Shown: positions 9,278 through 18,957 of the stretch, piece by piece
Layout: each line of letters opens with the position of its first letter
Numbering within the stretch: position 1 is the stretch's first letter
NCBI GenBank assembly: GCA_026016245.1
Contig: CP061211.1
Coordinates: forward strand, 567,285-631,284
DNA from: Candidatus Pacearchaeota archaeon
GTDB taxonomy: Archaea > Nanobdellota > Nanobdellia > Pacearchaeales > UBA284
Length of the DNA: 64,000 nucleotides
Direction: 5' to 3'
The notes under the pieces: generated by a model
Told to the model about the DNA's origin: nothing
Seen by the model: the letters and a program-made list of their open reading frames with translations, nothing else
The model's database searches: none
Program-made: the position numbers and the translations under genes

Positions 9278-10645
9278 TTAAAACATCTTTCTGCCGAATT
9301 TCTTTGCCAGCTTTTGTAATGTCTTCTTATCAATCTGTCCTGTACCAAGGCCTTTCATTGCCTTGCTACTAGAAATAAATTCCTTCACAATTTTGTATTG
9401 CTTAATCATCTCTCTAATATCAGAAGTAGAAACACTGCTTCCTTTAGATATTCTTGCGATCCTGTTTGAATTTAATTTTTCAGGATTTTCCCTTTCTTCT
9501 TGTGTCATACTATCGATTGCAAATCTCCACTTCTTGAGCTTAGCTTCTTGAACATCAAACAAGTCAGGAACTTTTGCTTTAACTCCTCCAAGTCCAGGAA
9601 TCATATCTGCTATCTTTCCAAGCGGACCCATTGACTGCATTGCTTTGATTTGGTCATACAAATCAGTCAAAGTGAATTTTCCTTCCTCAATCCTTGTTTT
9701 AATTTTTTCCTTCTCTTTGTCTTCAACAGCAAGCTTTGCCTTTTCTAGTAAAGCTTTCAAATCACCCATTCCAAGTAATCTGGAAACAAAAGAACTTGGA
9801 TCAAAAATCTCTATATCTTGTAGTTTTTCTCCTGTTCCTATAAATACAACCTTGGCGTTAGTTTCAGAACAACTTGCTAATGCCCCACCACCTTTTGCTG
9901 TTCCATCCATTCTTGTTACAATAACACTATCAATTTTTCCAGCTTTATTGAATCCTTGAGCTTGGATTGAAGCAGATTTGCCAATATCAGCAGGCATAAC
10001 AAGAAAAACCAAATCAGGTTTAATTTCTCTATATAAAGCTTTTAATTCATTAATAAGAGCACTACTTAAAACATCTCTTCCTGCTGTGTCAATAATAACA
10101 AGATTATATTTGCTTAGCTTTTTTTCAAATTTTTTCCAGATCCTTCCAGATTGTTTGTCTTCCTTGTCAACAAAAGAAGGCAGCTTTGCTTTTAGAGCAA
10201 GCTGTTCAAGCTGTTCAGGAGCTGCAGGACGATGCACATCCAAACCTACTAAAGCTGTTTTAAATCCCCTCTTGCTATAATAAAAACCTAGCTTGGCTGC
10301 AGTAGTTGTTTTACCACAGCCATATAAACCTAATAACATGATTTTGAATGGCTTTTTCTTCTTATCCAACTTCACTTCATATTCTTCCTTACCAAGAATT
10401 TCAATAAGTTCATCATGAATCAATTTAATTAGCTGTTCTTTCTTCTCAAGACCAGCAACCTTTTCACTAGCTTTTTTCCTTATCTTTTCAATCAAGGAGA
10501 AAACAATTTTTGTATCAACATCTGCCTCAAGCAAGCTATATCTCAAATCCTTAATAATTTCTTCAGTAATCTTCTTGTCTACAAAAACAGCTCCAGCTAA
10601 TTTGGACATTGTTTTTTTCAGCACATTACCAAGTTTGTCTAGCAT
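9278..10645 (-). CDS. srp54: Signal recognition particle protein SRP54
   Basis: SRP54 N-domain, then G-domain motifs LLGLYGCGKTTTAAKLG and DTAGR, then a Met-rich C-terminal M-domain. 455 aa. Confidence 0.9.
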   Translation of the reverse strand: MLDKLGNVLKKTMSKLAGAVFVDKKITEEIIKDLRYSLLEADVDTKIVFSLIEKIRKKASEKVAGLEKKEQLIKLIHDELIEILGKEEYEVKLDKKKKPFKIMLLGLYGCGKTTTAAKLGFYYSKRGFKTALVGLDVHRPAAPEQLEQLALKAKLPSFVDKEDKQSGRIWKKFEKKLSKYNLVIIDTAGRDVLSSALINELKALYREIKPDLVFLVMPADIGKSASIQAQGFNKAGKIDSVIVTRMDGTAKGGGALASCSETNAKVVFIGTGEKLQDIEIFDPSSFVSRLLGMGDLKALLEKAKLAVEDKEKEKIKTRIEEGKFTLTDLYDQIKAMQSMGPLGKIADMIPGLGGVKAKVPDLFDVQEAKLKKWRFAIDSMTQEERENPEKLNSNRIARISKGSSVSTSDIREMIKQYKIVKEFISSSKAMKGLGTGQIDKKTLQKLAKKFGRKMF

Positions 10646-10715
10646 GCAAGAAAAAAGCTAGGAATATTTATAAAGTTTTATAAATATTGAAATTCTAAAT
10701 AAGAGTATAGAAAAA

Positions 10716-11585
10716 ATGAGGAAAATTTATTTGTTAATTTGTTTTATAATTCTATTATCCCTTTTTATAAGCGTTCAAGCAAATGAGAAATACACTTATC
10801 TTGATGTAACTTTACTAAACCAAGATCCATATCCAGCACAACCAGATAATTATGTTGACCTTATTTTTAAGATAGAGAATGAAGGAGGAAGTGAGGCAGA
10901 GGATGTCCTTGTGGAACTGCTTCCAGAGTATCCTTTTTCTCTTGACCCTGGTGTTAGTGCCATAAAGAGAATTGGTTTGATAAGAGGTTCACAGTATGGT
11001 GCGGAAGCTGTTTTTGTTAAATATAGAGTTAGAGTGGATAAGGATGCTATTGATGGAGAAAATGGGATAAAATTAAGATATATTTATAACACAGAAGGGA
11101 TATGGGACAAGTTCTTTGAAAAAGAATTTGATATTATGATAGATGATCCTAAAACAGATTTTGATATTGCTATTCAAGATTATTCTTCTGAAACAAATAG
11201 CTTGACAATTGCCATCTCAAACATAGGAGAGCAAGATGCAAATTCTGTTACAATAATACTTCCAGAACAAAGCTCAATAGATATTATAGGTTCAGATAGA
11301 GAGATTGTCGGAGGCATAGATGCTGATGATTACACTGTATCTTCCTTTAGAGTTATTCCTAGGGAAGATGCTGCTCTGATTGTAAGAATTGCTTATACAG
11401 ATTCTATAGGTGTAAGAAGAGAAGTTGAAAAAGCTGTGATATTCCATGCTTCAAAATATGAAAAAGAAGCTGATAAAGGAGCAGTTACAGATTATAGAGC
11501 TCTGATTTATATTGCTATCGGAGTGATAGGGATAATTATTATTTTTGTATTACTCAGAATTCTCAGAAAAAAAAGAAAAAAATAG
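10716..11585 (+). CDS. Secreted surface protein with C-terminal membrane anchor
   Basis: Signal peptide, then a CARDB-like IFKIENEGGSEAEDVLVELLP segment, then a C-terminal transmembrane helix with a basic tail (IGIIIIFVLLRILRKKRKK). Confidence 0.45.
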   Translation: MRKIYLLICFIILLSLFISVQANEKYTYLDVTLLNQDPYPAQPDNYVDLIFKIENEGGSEAEDVLVELLPEYPFSLDPGVSAIKRIGLIRGSQYGAEAVFVKYRVRVDKDAIDGENGIKLRYIYNTEGIWDKFFEKEFDIMIDDPKTDFDIAIQDYSSETNSLTIAISNIGEQDANSVTIILPEQSSIDIIGSDREIVGGIDADDYTVSSFRVIPREDAALIVRIAYTDSIGVRREVEKAVIFHASKYEKEADKGAVTDYRALIYIAIGVIGIIIIFVLLRILRKKRKK

Positions 11586-11593
11586 GTTAAAAA

Positions 11594-12829
11594 ATGAAAT
11601 TTGATGACTCACTGAAGTTTGCCTTAAATAATTTAACAACAAGAGGCTTGAGAAGCTGGTTAACTATTATTGGTGTTATTATTGGTGTTGCTGCTATAGT
11701 TGCCATAGTTTCAGTCGGACAGGGAATGCAAGAAACTATCTCAGCAGAGCTTGGAAGTCTTGGAGGAGATGTGGTTTTTGTTCTTGCAGGGTCTTCTTTT
11801 CAGATGGGTATTGCTCAAGCTGGATATGCTAGAGCAGCAGGAGAATTAGATGATAGAGATGTAAGAGTTATAGAGGCTGTAGAAGGGGTGTTACATGTTG
11901 CCCCAGACATTTTTGGTTTCGTAGAAGTGAGTTATCTGAAACAAAACAGGACCTTGTATATGTATGGGACGAATGAGAACTGGGCAAAAGTCAGAAGTAG
12001 TTTTAATATTGAATCAGGCAGATTTTTGAAGAGGGGGGATAGTGGTGTGGTTGTTTTAGGAAATACAATTGCAAAAGAAGCTTTTGATAAGGAAATTTTT
12101 GTGGGTTCTAATATAAAAATAGAGGGCGAATCTTTTAGAGTTATAGGAATTCTTGAGAAATTTGGGGGGTTTGGTTCAGATGAAGACCAGTCTGTTTATC
12201 TTACACTAGAGGATGCAGAACCTTACTCAGGAGGATTTGGTGTTGATAATTATTATGCTATAGAAGTAAAGGTAGATGCAGAGAGAGCAGAGGAAATTGC
12301 TGAAAAAATGAAGGAAAAACTAATGATCTCAAGACATGTTAATGAAGAAAATATTGATTTTACTGTTCTTACACCAAAAACAATAGCAGAGATGGTCTTT
12401 AGCATTATGAACACAATAAATCTTTTCCTTTACGGAATAGCTGCCATCTCTCTTGTTGTAGGAGCTGTTGGAATAGCTAATACAATGTTCACTTCAGTCA
12501 CAGAAAGAACTAGACAAATAGGAATTTTAAAATCCTTAGGAATGACAAATAAAGAAGTAATGAACCTTTTCCTTGTAGAATCTGCTCTTATTGGGTTAGT
12601 TGGAGGTATTCTTGGATTGTTTGTTGGTTTTATTATTTCTGGAACAATAGGTCAAATAGCAGCTTATTTCCTTAGAGGAGCAATGTTCAGAACATCTTTT
12701 ATTTCTATAACTCCTGGCCTTATAATCTTCGCCTTAGCATTTTCAGTTATCATAGGAGTTATCTCTGGAATATTCCCTGCAAGGAGAGCAGCTAAACTAC
12801 AACCAGTTGAAGCTTTGAGGTATGAATAA
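11594..12829 (+). CDS. ABC transporter permease, FtsX/MacB family
   Basis: N-terminal transmembrane helix LRSWLTIIGVIIGVAAIVAIVSVGQG, a large extracytoplasmic domain, and 3 C-terminal transmembrane helices ending ...VEALRYE (FtsX fold). Confidence 0.75.
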   Translation: MKFDDSLKFALNNLTTRGLRSWLTIIGVIIGVAAIVAIVSVGQGMQETISAELGSLGGDVVFVLAGSSFQMGIAQAGYARAAGELDDRDVRVIEAVEGVLHVAPDIFGFVEVSYLKQNRTLYMYGTNENWAKVRSSFNIESGRFLKRGDSGVVVLGNTIAKEAFDKEIFVGSNIKIEGESFRVIGILEKFGGFGSDEDQSVYLTLEDAEPYSGGFGVDNYYAIEVKVDAERAEEIAEKMKEKLMISRHVNEENIDFTVLTPKTIAEMVFSIMNTINLFLYGIAAISLVVGAVGIANTMFTSVTERTRQIGILKSLGMTNKEVMNLFLVESALIGLVGGILGLFVGFIISGTIGQIAAYFLRGAMFRTSFISITPGLIIFALAFSVIIGVISGIFPARRAAKLQPVEALRYE

Positions 12830-13502
12830 AATGAAAAAAGAAATACTTCACACAAAAAATTTAGTAAAACACTATTATTTGGATGGTGTGATTGTCAAAG
12901 CAATAAATGGTGTTACATTTAGTATTCCCAGAAACAAAATGACAGTTATAATTGGTCCTAGTGGTTGTGGAAAATCAACCCTGCTTCATTTAATAGGGCT
13001 TCTTGACAAACCAACAAGGGGAAAGATTTATTTTGACGGATATGATATTTCTAAATTAACTGAAACAAAACTTGCTAAACTGAGATTAAAAAAAATAGGT
13101 TTTGTCTTTCAATTTTTTAATCTACATCCTTTGCTTACAGCAGTAGAAAATGTTGAACTTCCTTTAACAATATCAAATGTTTCTCTAGCAGAAAGAAGAA
13201 AAAAAGCTCTAGAACTTTTAAAAATAGTTGGACTTAAAGAAAGAGCTGATCATTATCCAAATCAACTTTCAGGAGGTGAACAACAGAGGGTTGCAATAGC
13301 CAGGGCAATGTCAAATGATCCCGAGATTATTATGGCTGACGAACCTACTGGAAATCTTGACACAAAATCAGGAGATGATATTATGAGATTGCTAATAAAA
13401 TTAAGAGAAAAATCAACAGTCATAGTAATAACTCATGATGCAGATATAGCAAGAAGAGCAAATAAAACAATAAAATTAAGAGATGGAATAATAGTTAAGT
13501 AA
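12822..13502 (+). CDS. ABC transporter ATP-binding protein (MacB/LolD-like)
   Basis: Walker A GPSGCGKST, ABC signature LSGGEQQRVAIARA, Walker B IIMADEPTGNLD. The start overlaps the permease gene. Confidence 0.85.
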   Translation: MNKMKKEILHTKNLVKHYYLDGVIVKAINGVTFSIPRNKMTVIIGPSGCGKSTLLHLIGLLDKPTRGKIYFDGYDISKLTETKLAKLRLKKIGFVFQFFNLHPLLTAVENVELPLTISNVSLAERRKKALELLKIVGLKERADHYPNQLSGGEQQRVAIARAMSNDPEIIMADEPTGNLDTKSGDDIMRLLIKLREKSTVIVITHDADIARRANKTIKLRDGIIVK

Positions 13503-14544
13503 AAATACTTTTAATCAAATCATCTTTGTCAAATTTCTTTAAATCTCCATACTCCTGGCCTACACCTAAGAAAATTATTGGCTTTTTTGTCACATAGCTT
13601 ACAGAAATCATAGCTCCACCTTTCTCATCAACATCAGCTTTTGTCAAAATTATAGCATCAATTCCTATAGCTTCATGAAAAGCTTTAGCTTGGTCAATAG
13701 CATCATTACCAACTATAGCCTCACCAACAAAAACTTTCAAGTCTGGCTTGTTCACTCTAATAATCTTTTCCATCTCTCTCATCAAGTCAGCTTTAACATG
13801 GATTCTTCCAGCTGTATCAATCAAAACACAATCTATGCCTTGGGCTTTTGCATGGGCAATTGCATCAAAAGCAACTGCAGCAGGATCAGAACCATATTTA
13901 TGTTTTATAACTTTGACATCTAATTTTACTGCATGCTTTTCTAATTGTTCAATTGATGCTGCTCTGAAAGTATCACTTGCTGCTAACACAGAACTTAAAC
14001 CTTGCTTTTTTAGAAGATGAGAGATTTTTGCTATAGTTGTTGTTTTTCCACTTCCATTAATTCCAAAAAAGACAATTGTGTAAGGTTTTTCTTTTTTTAC
14101 TCTCTCTTTAATTTTCTCAACAAAATCAAAAGGCTCTATAAGAAGTTCATTTATGGCTTTCTTTAAACTATTTTCAATTTCCTTCTCAAGCTCTTTTCTT
14201 TTGATCTCTTTTCCAATAAGTTCTTTTTTCAATTCAGTTTTTAGAAATTCAATAGCTTCCATAGCCACATTATTTTCTATAAGAACCATTTCAAGTTCTG
14301 AGAAAAATTTATCAAAATTTTCTTCTTTTATCTTGGCCACTTTAGCTATTTTCATTAATTTTGTGAGAAGATTTTCTTTCTTTTCCTCAAGCTTCTCTTT
14401 TTTTTCTGGTTCTTTCTTTTCCTTTTTCTCAAGCCCTTTTATTTCTTTTTTTATCTCTTTCTCTTCCTTATCTGTTTGTTTTTCCAACTCTTGCTTTGTC
14501 TTTCCAAACACTTCCTTGATTTTTTTCTTGAGGAAACCAAACAT
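13495..14544 (-). CDS. ftsY: Signal recognition particle receptor FtsY
   Basis: Lys/Glu-rich N-terminus, then G-domain motifs FFGINGSGKTTTIAKI and DTAGR, then LTKADVDEKGG. Confidence 0.85.
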   Translation of the reverse strand: MFGFLKKKIKEVFGKTKQELEKQTDKEEKEIKKEIKGLEKKEKKEPEKKEKLEEKKENLLTKLMKIAKVAKIKEENFDKFFSELEMVLIENNVAMEAIEFLKTELKKELIGKEIKRKELEKEIENSLKKAINELLIEPFDFVEKIKERVKKEKPYTIVFFGINGSGKTTTIAKISHLLKKQGLSSVLAASDTFRAASIEQLEKHAVKLDVKVIKHKYGSDPAAVAFDAIAHAKAQGIDCVLIDTAGRIHVKADLMREMEKIIRVNKPDLKVFVGEAIVGNDAIDQAKAFHEAIGIDAIILTKADVDEKGGAMISVSYVTKKPIIFLGVGQEYGDLKKFDKDDLIKSIFT

Positions 14545-14555
14545 AAAGCGAAGAG

Positions 14556-15191
14556 GTGAGAAATATTAATAAATGTTACTTTACTAGGAAAAACATGAAA
14601 AAAGAAAAAAAGAGGAAAATATGCAAAATCTATTTGTTTAGGCATGGGCAGACTTATTATAACAGAGATGGTATCTTTACAGGGTTTGTTGATTCTAAAT
14701 TAACAAAAAGAGGTATAGAAGATGCAAAAATTGTTGCTGAAAGATTAAAAAATAAAAAATTTCAAGTTGCATTCCATACAAGACTTTCTCGTTCTAAAGA
14801 TACTTTAAAACAAGTATTGAAATATCATCCAGAATGTACGAGGTTGATTGAGGATGATAGGATGCTTGAAAGAAATTATGGAAAATTAAACACACATAGC
14901 CATTGGGAGATTGTCAGAAAGAAAGGACCTAAACAATATGATAAGTGGCACAGAGGATTTAACATCAGGCCACCAAAAGGAGAGTCTTTTGCTGATGTTG
15001 AAAGACGTGTAAGGGCTTTCTTAAAGGACCTTTTCAAATTCGTAAAAAAGGAAAGAGTTGATGTTGCAATATCAGCTCATGGTAACTCAATACGCTTAGT
15101 CAGAAAAATACTAGAAAAAGCATCAAAAGAAGAAACAGTGGGGTGGTTTATTCCTTATGATACCTACTTTGAATATAGTGTTAAATGTTAA
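14556..15191 (+). CDS. Histidine phosphatase (phosphoglycerate mutase family) protein
   Basis: LFRHGQTYYN is the RHG catalytic motif. AISAHGNSIR supplies the second His. The true start is probably the ATG at 14595. Confidence 0.65.
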   Translation: MRNINKCYFTRKNMKKEKKRKICKIYLFRHGQTYYNRDGIFTGFVDSKLTKRGIEDAKIVAERLKNKKFQVAFHTRLSRSKDTLKQVLKYHPECTRLIEDDRMLERNYGKLNTHSHWEIVRKKGPKQYDKWHRGFNIRPPKGESFADVERRVRAFLKDLFKFVKKERVDVAISAHGNSIRLVRKILEKASKEETVGWFIPYDTYFEYSVKC

Positions 15192-15250
15192 AATTTAGTT
15201 TAAGAACATTTTTAAATTCCTTATCATTGTCATATCATAGCTAGGGGAAA

Positions 15251-15826
15251 ATGATAACTTACCAGGAAATTTATGATATATTGAGAAATGAGAAGTATAA
15301 TGAAGCCCTCCAACAGCTTCCTAAGAAATTTCTATCTGAAATAGCTTCCTATCTTGCTGAGAAGAAAGATATTGTAAATAGGGAGCAAAAGAACAGTGAA
15401 TTGTTTTCAGATACAGTAAGGATGACAAGAAAACAATTAGATAATACTCTAGCTATAATAAAGGAGATTATTGCTATCAGAGAAAGAAAAATCCTGAATC
15501 TGGCTTTTACAGCTGCCCTGACTGGAATAAGCAAGAGAGATACAGAAAATCTGATGGAACATGAGAAAGATCTTTTTGAGATAACTGTAAAAAAGCTTGA
15601 GCAAAATCAAAAAATAATAACTGAAAAATTAAATGGGAAAATAAATGAAGAGAAGAAAGATTTAAAAAATATTCTCATTAGGTTTAAAGAAGATATCCCA
15701 GCCTTTCTTTCTGGGGAAGGCACTGAACTCGGACCTTTTAAGTCAGGAGATGTGGTGAATCTTCCTCAAGAGATAGCTGAAATTCTTTTAGGAGATGGAA
15801 AGGCTGCGATGGTTGAGGAAAAATGA
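15251..15826 (+). CDS. GINS complex subunit (Gins51/Sld5-Psf1 family)
   Basis: N-terminus ITYQEIYDILRNEKYNEALQQLPKKFLSEIASYL matches the GINS A-domain pattern (E..........LQ.LP.DFY......YL). Confidence 0.5.
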   Translation: MITYQEIYDILRNEKYNEALQQLPKKFLSEIASYLAEKKDIVNREQKNSELFSDTVRMTRKQLDNTLAIIKEIIAIRERKILNLAFTAALTGISKRDTENLMEHEKDLFEITVKKLEQNQKIITEKLNGKINEEKKDLKNILIRFKEDIPAFLSGEGTELGPFKSGDVVNLPQEIAEILLGDGKAAMVEEK

Positions 15827-16038
15827 AATGAGTGAAAAAATTGAAGACAAATAATAGATATATTGAGAAGAAACGAAGAATTAGAATCTCTTTCAATCTC
15901 AAAAGAACTAGGAGTAACTTATGATACTGCGTCAGAATATCTCAAGAAAATGACTAAAGAAGGGAAAATAGAAAGACGGGCTATAGGAAAGCCTTGGGTT
16001 TATTATTATAGACTAAATCATCAAAAGCCAATATTAGT

Positions 16039-16359
16039 ATGAAAGTTCCAAAAAAGACAAAAAGATATTGCAAGTTTTGTAAGAAACATACAGAGCACAA
16101 GATTAGCCAGGCAAAGGCAGGACATCAGAGGGGGGCATTAAAAAGAGGATCCCCTATAAGAGCAAAGAAAAGAGGTCTTGGAAGAGGATTAGGCAGCCAT
16201 GGAAAATGGCCTCCTAGTAAGCCTGCTGTGACAAAGTGGAAGAGAAAAACTAAAACCACAAAAAAGACAAATTTTGTTTATACATGCAAAGTTTGTGGAA
16301 AAAGCACCATACAAAAAAAAGGAACCAGGACATCAAGAGTCCAGTTTAAGGAGAAATAA
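16039..16359 (+). CDS. rpl44e: 50S ribosomal protein L44e
   Basis: YCKFCKKHTEHK...TCKVCGKS zinc-ribbon and the overall similarity to L44e. Confidence 0.8.
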   Translation: MKVPKKTKRYCKFCKKHTEHKISQAKAGHQRGALKRGSPIRAKKRGLGRGLGSHGKWPPSKPAVTKWKRKTKTTKKTNFVYTCKVCGKSTIQKKGTRTSRVQFKEK

Positions 16360-16360
16360 G

Positions 16361-16891
16361 ATGGCTATACAAAAGAAAAAATATTTTGATGTTAAGCTTA
16401 ATATTTTCAACACAACAATCCAGCTTCTGGCATTTAAGCCAGAGGATCTTGAAGGGAGAAACGTCAAGTTTGATTTAACAAAAATTCTGAAAGGAAAACA
16501 TTGTGAGGCTAATTATATAATAAAGAACAGAGATGGGAATCTTGTTGGTGAGATATATCAATTTAAGATTCAGCCCTCTTTTATCAGGAGATTGATTGGC
16601 CGAAATGTAAGCATTATTGAGGATTCTTTTTTATGCAAAGTGAAGGATGCTAATTTGAGAATAAAGCCTTTTCTTATTACAAGAAAAAAAGTGCATAGAT
16701 CTGTAAGAAAAGCGTTAAGGGATGAGGCAAAGAGATTTATAAAAAAGTTGGTGGAGAACAAGGACAAGGATAGTGTTTTCCAAGAAACAATTTTAGCTTC
16801 TATACAAAAACAGTTAAGCAAGAAATTGAAAAAAACATATCCCTTGGCAGTATGTGAGTTAAGAATTGTGAAAGTTGAAAAGGCCAAATAA
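16361..16891 (+). CDS. rps3ae: 30S ribosomal protein S3Ae
   Basis: 176 aa, basic. FIRRLIGRNVSIIED and the C-terminal KTYPLAVCELRIVKVEK resemble the S3Ae/S1e family. Start taken at the ATG at 16361, since the ORF-track start lies inside L44e. Confidence 0.6.
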   Translation: MAIQKKKYFDVKLNIFNTTIQLLAFKPEDLEGRNVKFDLTKILKGKHCEANYIIKNRDGNLVGEIYQFKIQPSFIRRLIGRNVSIIEDSFLCKVKDANLRIKPFLITRKKVHRSVRKALRDEAKRFIKKLVENKDKDSVFQETILASIQKQLSKKLKKTYPLAVCELRIVKVEKAK

Positions 16892-16908
16892 TTTTCTCAT
16901 TTAAAAAA

Positions 16909-18117
16909 ATGGTTGACTGGGCACAAATTTATAATCCTTTATTCTTTATTTTAGTTATTATCTTTCTTTATTGCTGTTATATTCTTTATTTTGCTCTTAC
17001 TGTCAGGAGAAAAAGAATAAAACACGAATATTTTCCTTATGTCTCTGTACTTGTTTATGCCAAGGATGCTGGAAATGTCATAAGAAGAAGAATTGAAAAT
17101 CTCATCAAACAGAATTATCCGAAGAATAAATATGAGATAATTATTTATGATAACGCCTCAAAAGATGAAACTCAAGAAATCTGTATGAAATACAAAAAAA
17201 AGAAGCTAATTAAATATCTAAGAAAAAAATTTGATAGAAAGGGCCCTCTTCTTGATCTAGCTATCAAAAAACTTGCTAAAGGAGAAATTTTGTTAATGAC
17301 TGATCCTGATGTTCTTGCTGAAAAAAATTGGATTCTAAACATAGTTCAACCTTTTAAGGATAAGAGTGTAGGAGCTGTTGCAGGAACTGTTCATTGCGGA
17401 AACTATTACAAAGGTATTATTCCATTAATGAGAGCAGTAGAAGATGAGTGGAGATTTGTTGCTCCAGTATTAAGAGATTCTGACACTGTTTTTAGTATAG
17501 GAGCAAATCAGGCTTTGAGAAGAGAGACATGGGAACAAACAAAATATGGGGGAAGCTTGCTTGATGATCTTGATATTATCTCGAGAATTATTGATAAGGG
17601 ATGGAAGGCTGTTGGATCTAGTGCAACAGGAACAGAAGAAGAAGTTGAAACCCCAGGACAGTATTGGAGGCAGAGGACAAGGTGGTACAAGGTTAATACT
17701 GCAGATTATTTTGGTGTAAGCAAGAAATGGAAAAAATTTCTTGAAAGTTTTCCTCATGTAATCCAGTTTTTTGCTCTTGTTTTATTAATAGTTTTTATCA
17801 TCTCTTTATCTATAACCTTCAATTATCTTATATGGTTCAGCATAATCAATTTTGTTTTAATGAATCTTGCCATGATTATCGCTTTTATAAAAATAAAGAC
17901 AGGAAAAGCATTTATTCCAGCAATACCTTTATTTCTTACTCTGGATACTATACTTTTTGGGACAACTTTATTTTGGGTGCACATACCAGGAAGATTTTTT
18001 CATTTAACAAAAGAAGTATGGCCATCTCTACAAGGAAGGTATTATCATGTTGGCTCAGAATTAAAGAAATGGTTTTTTGAATTTGAGGAGAAAGTCAAGG
18101 ATTACACAAAGATTTAA
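16909..18117 (+). CDS. Family 2 glycosyltransferase (integral membrane, QxxRW type)
   Basis: YDNASKDET and the DPD motif MTDPDV are followed by QYWRQRTRW (the Q(Q/R)xRW motif of processive GT2 enzymes). C-terminal transmembrane helices. Confidence 0.7.
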   Translation: MVDWAQIYNPLFFILVIIFLYCCYILYFALTVRRKRIKHEYFPYVSVLVYAKDAGNVIRRRIENLIKQNYPKNKYEIIIYDNASKDETQEICMKYKKKKLIKYLRKKFDRKGPLLDLAIKKLAKGEILLMTDPDVLAEKNWILNIVQPFKDKSVGAVAGTVHCGNYYKGIIPLMRAVEDEWRFVAPVLRDSDTVFSIGANQALRRETWEQTKYGGSLLDDLDIISRIIDKGWKAVGSSATGTEEEVETPGQYWRQRTRWYKVNTADYFGVSKKWKKFLESFPHVIQFFALVLLIVFIISLSITFNYLIWFSIINFVLMNLAMIIAFIKIKTGKAFIPAIPLFLTLDTILFGTTLFWVHIPGRFFHLTKEVWPSLQGRYYHVGSELKKWFFEFEEKVKDYTKI

Positions 18118-18271
18118 TAAATTATTGAAGAATTTTTTTATAGAAGGTAAAGTTTAAAAGTTTTCTGACCATCAACCACCCCCCTTAAATATTTCTTGCT
18201 GAAATCAAAAGATTTAAATAGTATAATACATAAATAAGTATATTAAGTATCATAAGTATAATAAAAAATAT

Positions 18272-18502
18272 TTGGAGAAAGAAAAAATGACAAACATGAC
18301 TTTGGCAATTCCAGAAGAGTTGCACCGCAGGATGAAGCAGTTCTCTGAAATAAGATGGGCAGAAATAGCTAGAAGGGCTATGGAAGAAAGGGCAAAAGAT
18401 CTTGAAGAAATGGAAAAAATTGCCTCTAAGAGCAAACTAACTAAAAAAGATGCCGCAATTCTGGCGAAAAAGATAAAAAGAGCTGCTGCCAAGAGATTTT
18501 AA
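18272..18502 (+). CDS. vapB: Antitoxin of VapBC-type toxin-antitoxin pair
   Basis: Small helical protein immediately upstream of, and overlapping by one nucleotide, the PIN-domain gene. Confidence 0.5.
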   Translation: MEKEKMTNMTLAIPEELHRRMKQFSEIRWAEIARRAMEERAKDLEEMEKIASKSKLTKKDAAILAKKIKRAAAKRF

Positions 18503-18921
18503 TGTTTATTGTTATAGATACGAATGTCTTTATTGCAGCTTTAATAAAAAATAGTTTGACTAGAGAGCTAATTTTAAATACAAAAGCCAGAATTCTATTC
18601 CCAGAATTAATTTTAGATGAGTTAAGAAATCATGAGCAGGAAATAATCAAAAAATCAGGCATTTCAAGACAGGAATATCTCTTTATTTTATCAAAGCTTT
18701 TAAAATATGTCATGGTTGTGCCTTCAGAACTATGTCTGCCCTTTAAGGAAAAAGCTAAAGAGATAATGGATAAAATAGACCCTGATGATAGTGTTTTTAT
18801 CGCAACTTCTTTAGCATTTGGCAAGTGCGTTATTTGGAGCGATGACAAACATTTTAAGAAACAAAAATTTGTAAAAATAATAACCACAAAAGACATGAGT
18901 AAGAATTATAAAAAGAGATAG
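18502..18921 (+). CDS. vapC: PIN-domain toxin VapC
   Basis: MFIVIDTNVFIAAL is the N-terminal PIN acidic motif. 139 aa. Confidence 0.7.
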   Translation: MFIVIDTNVFIAALIKNSLTRELILNTKARILFPELILDELRNHEQEIIKKSGISRQEYLFILSKLLKYVMVVPSELCLPFKEKAKEIMDKIDPDDSVFIATSLAFGKCVIWSDDKHFKKQKFVKIITTKDMSKNYKKR

Positions 18922-18957
18922 AAACTCTTAAATAATTTCTTGTTGTTATGGATATTA

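Noticed and set aside
14153-14569. Ser/Phe-rich 138-aa ORF
   Set aside because: Antisense to the Lys/Glu-rich N-terminus of FtsY. A low-complexity mirror ORF.
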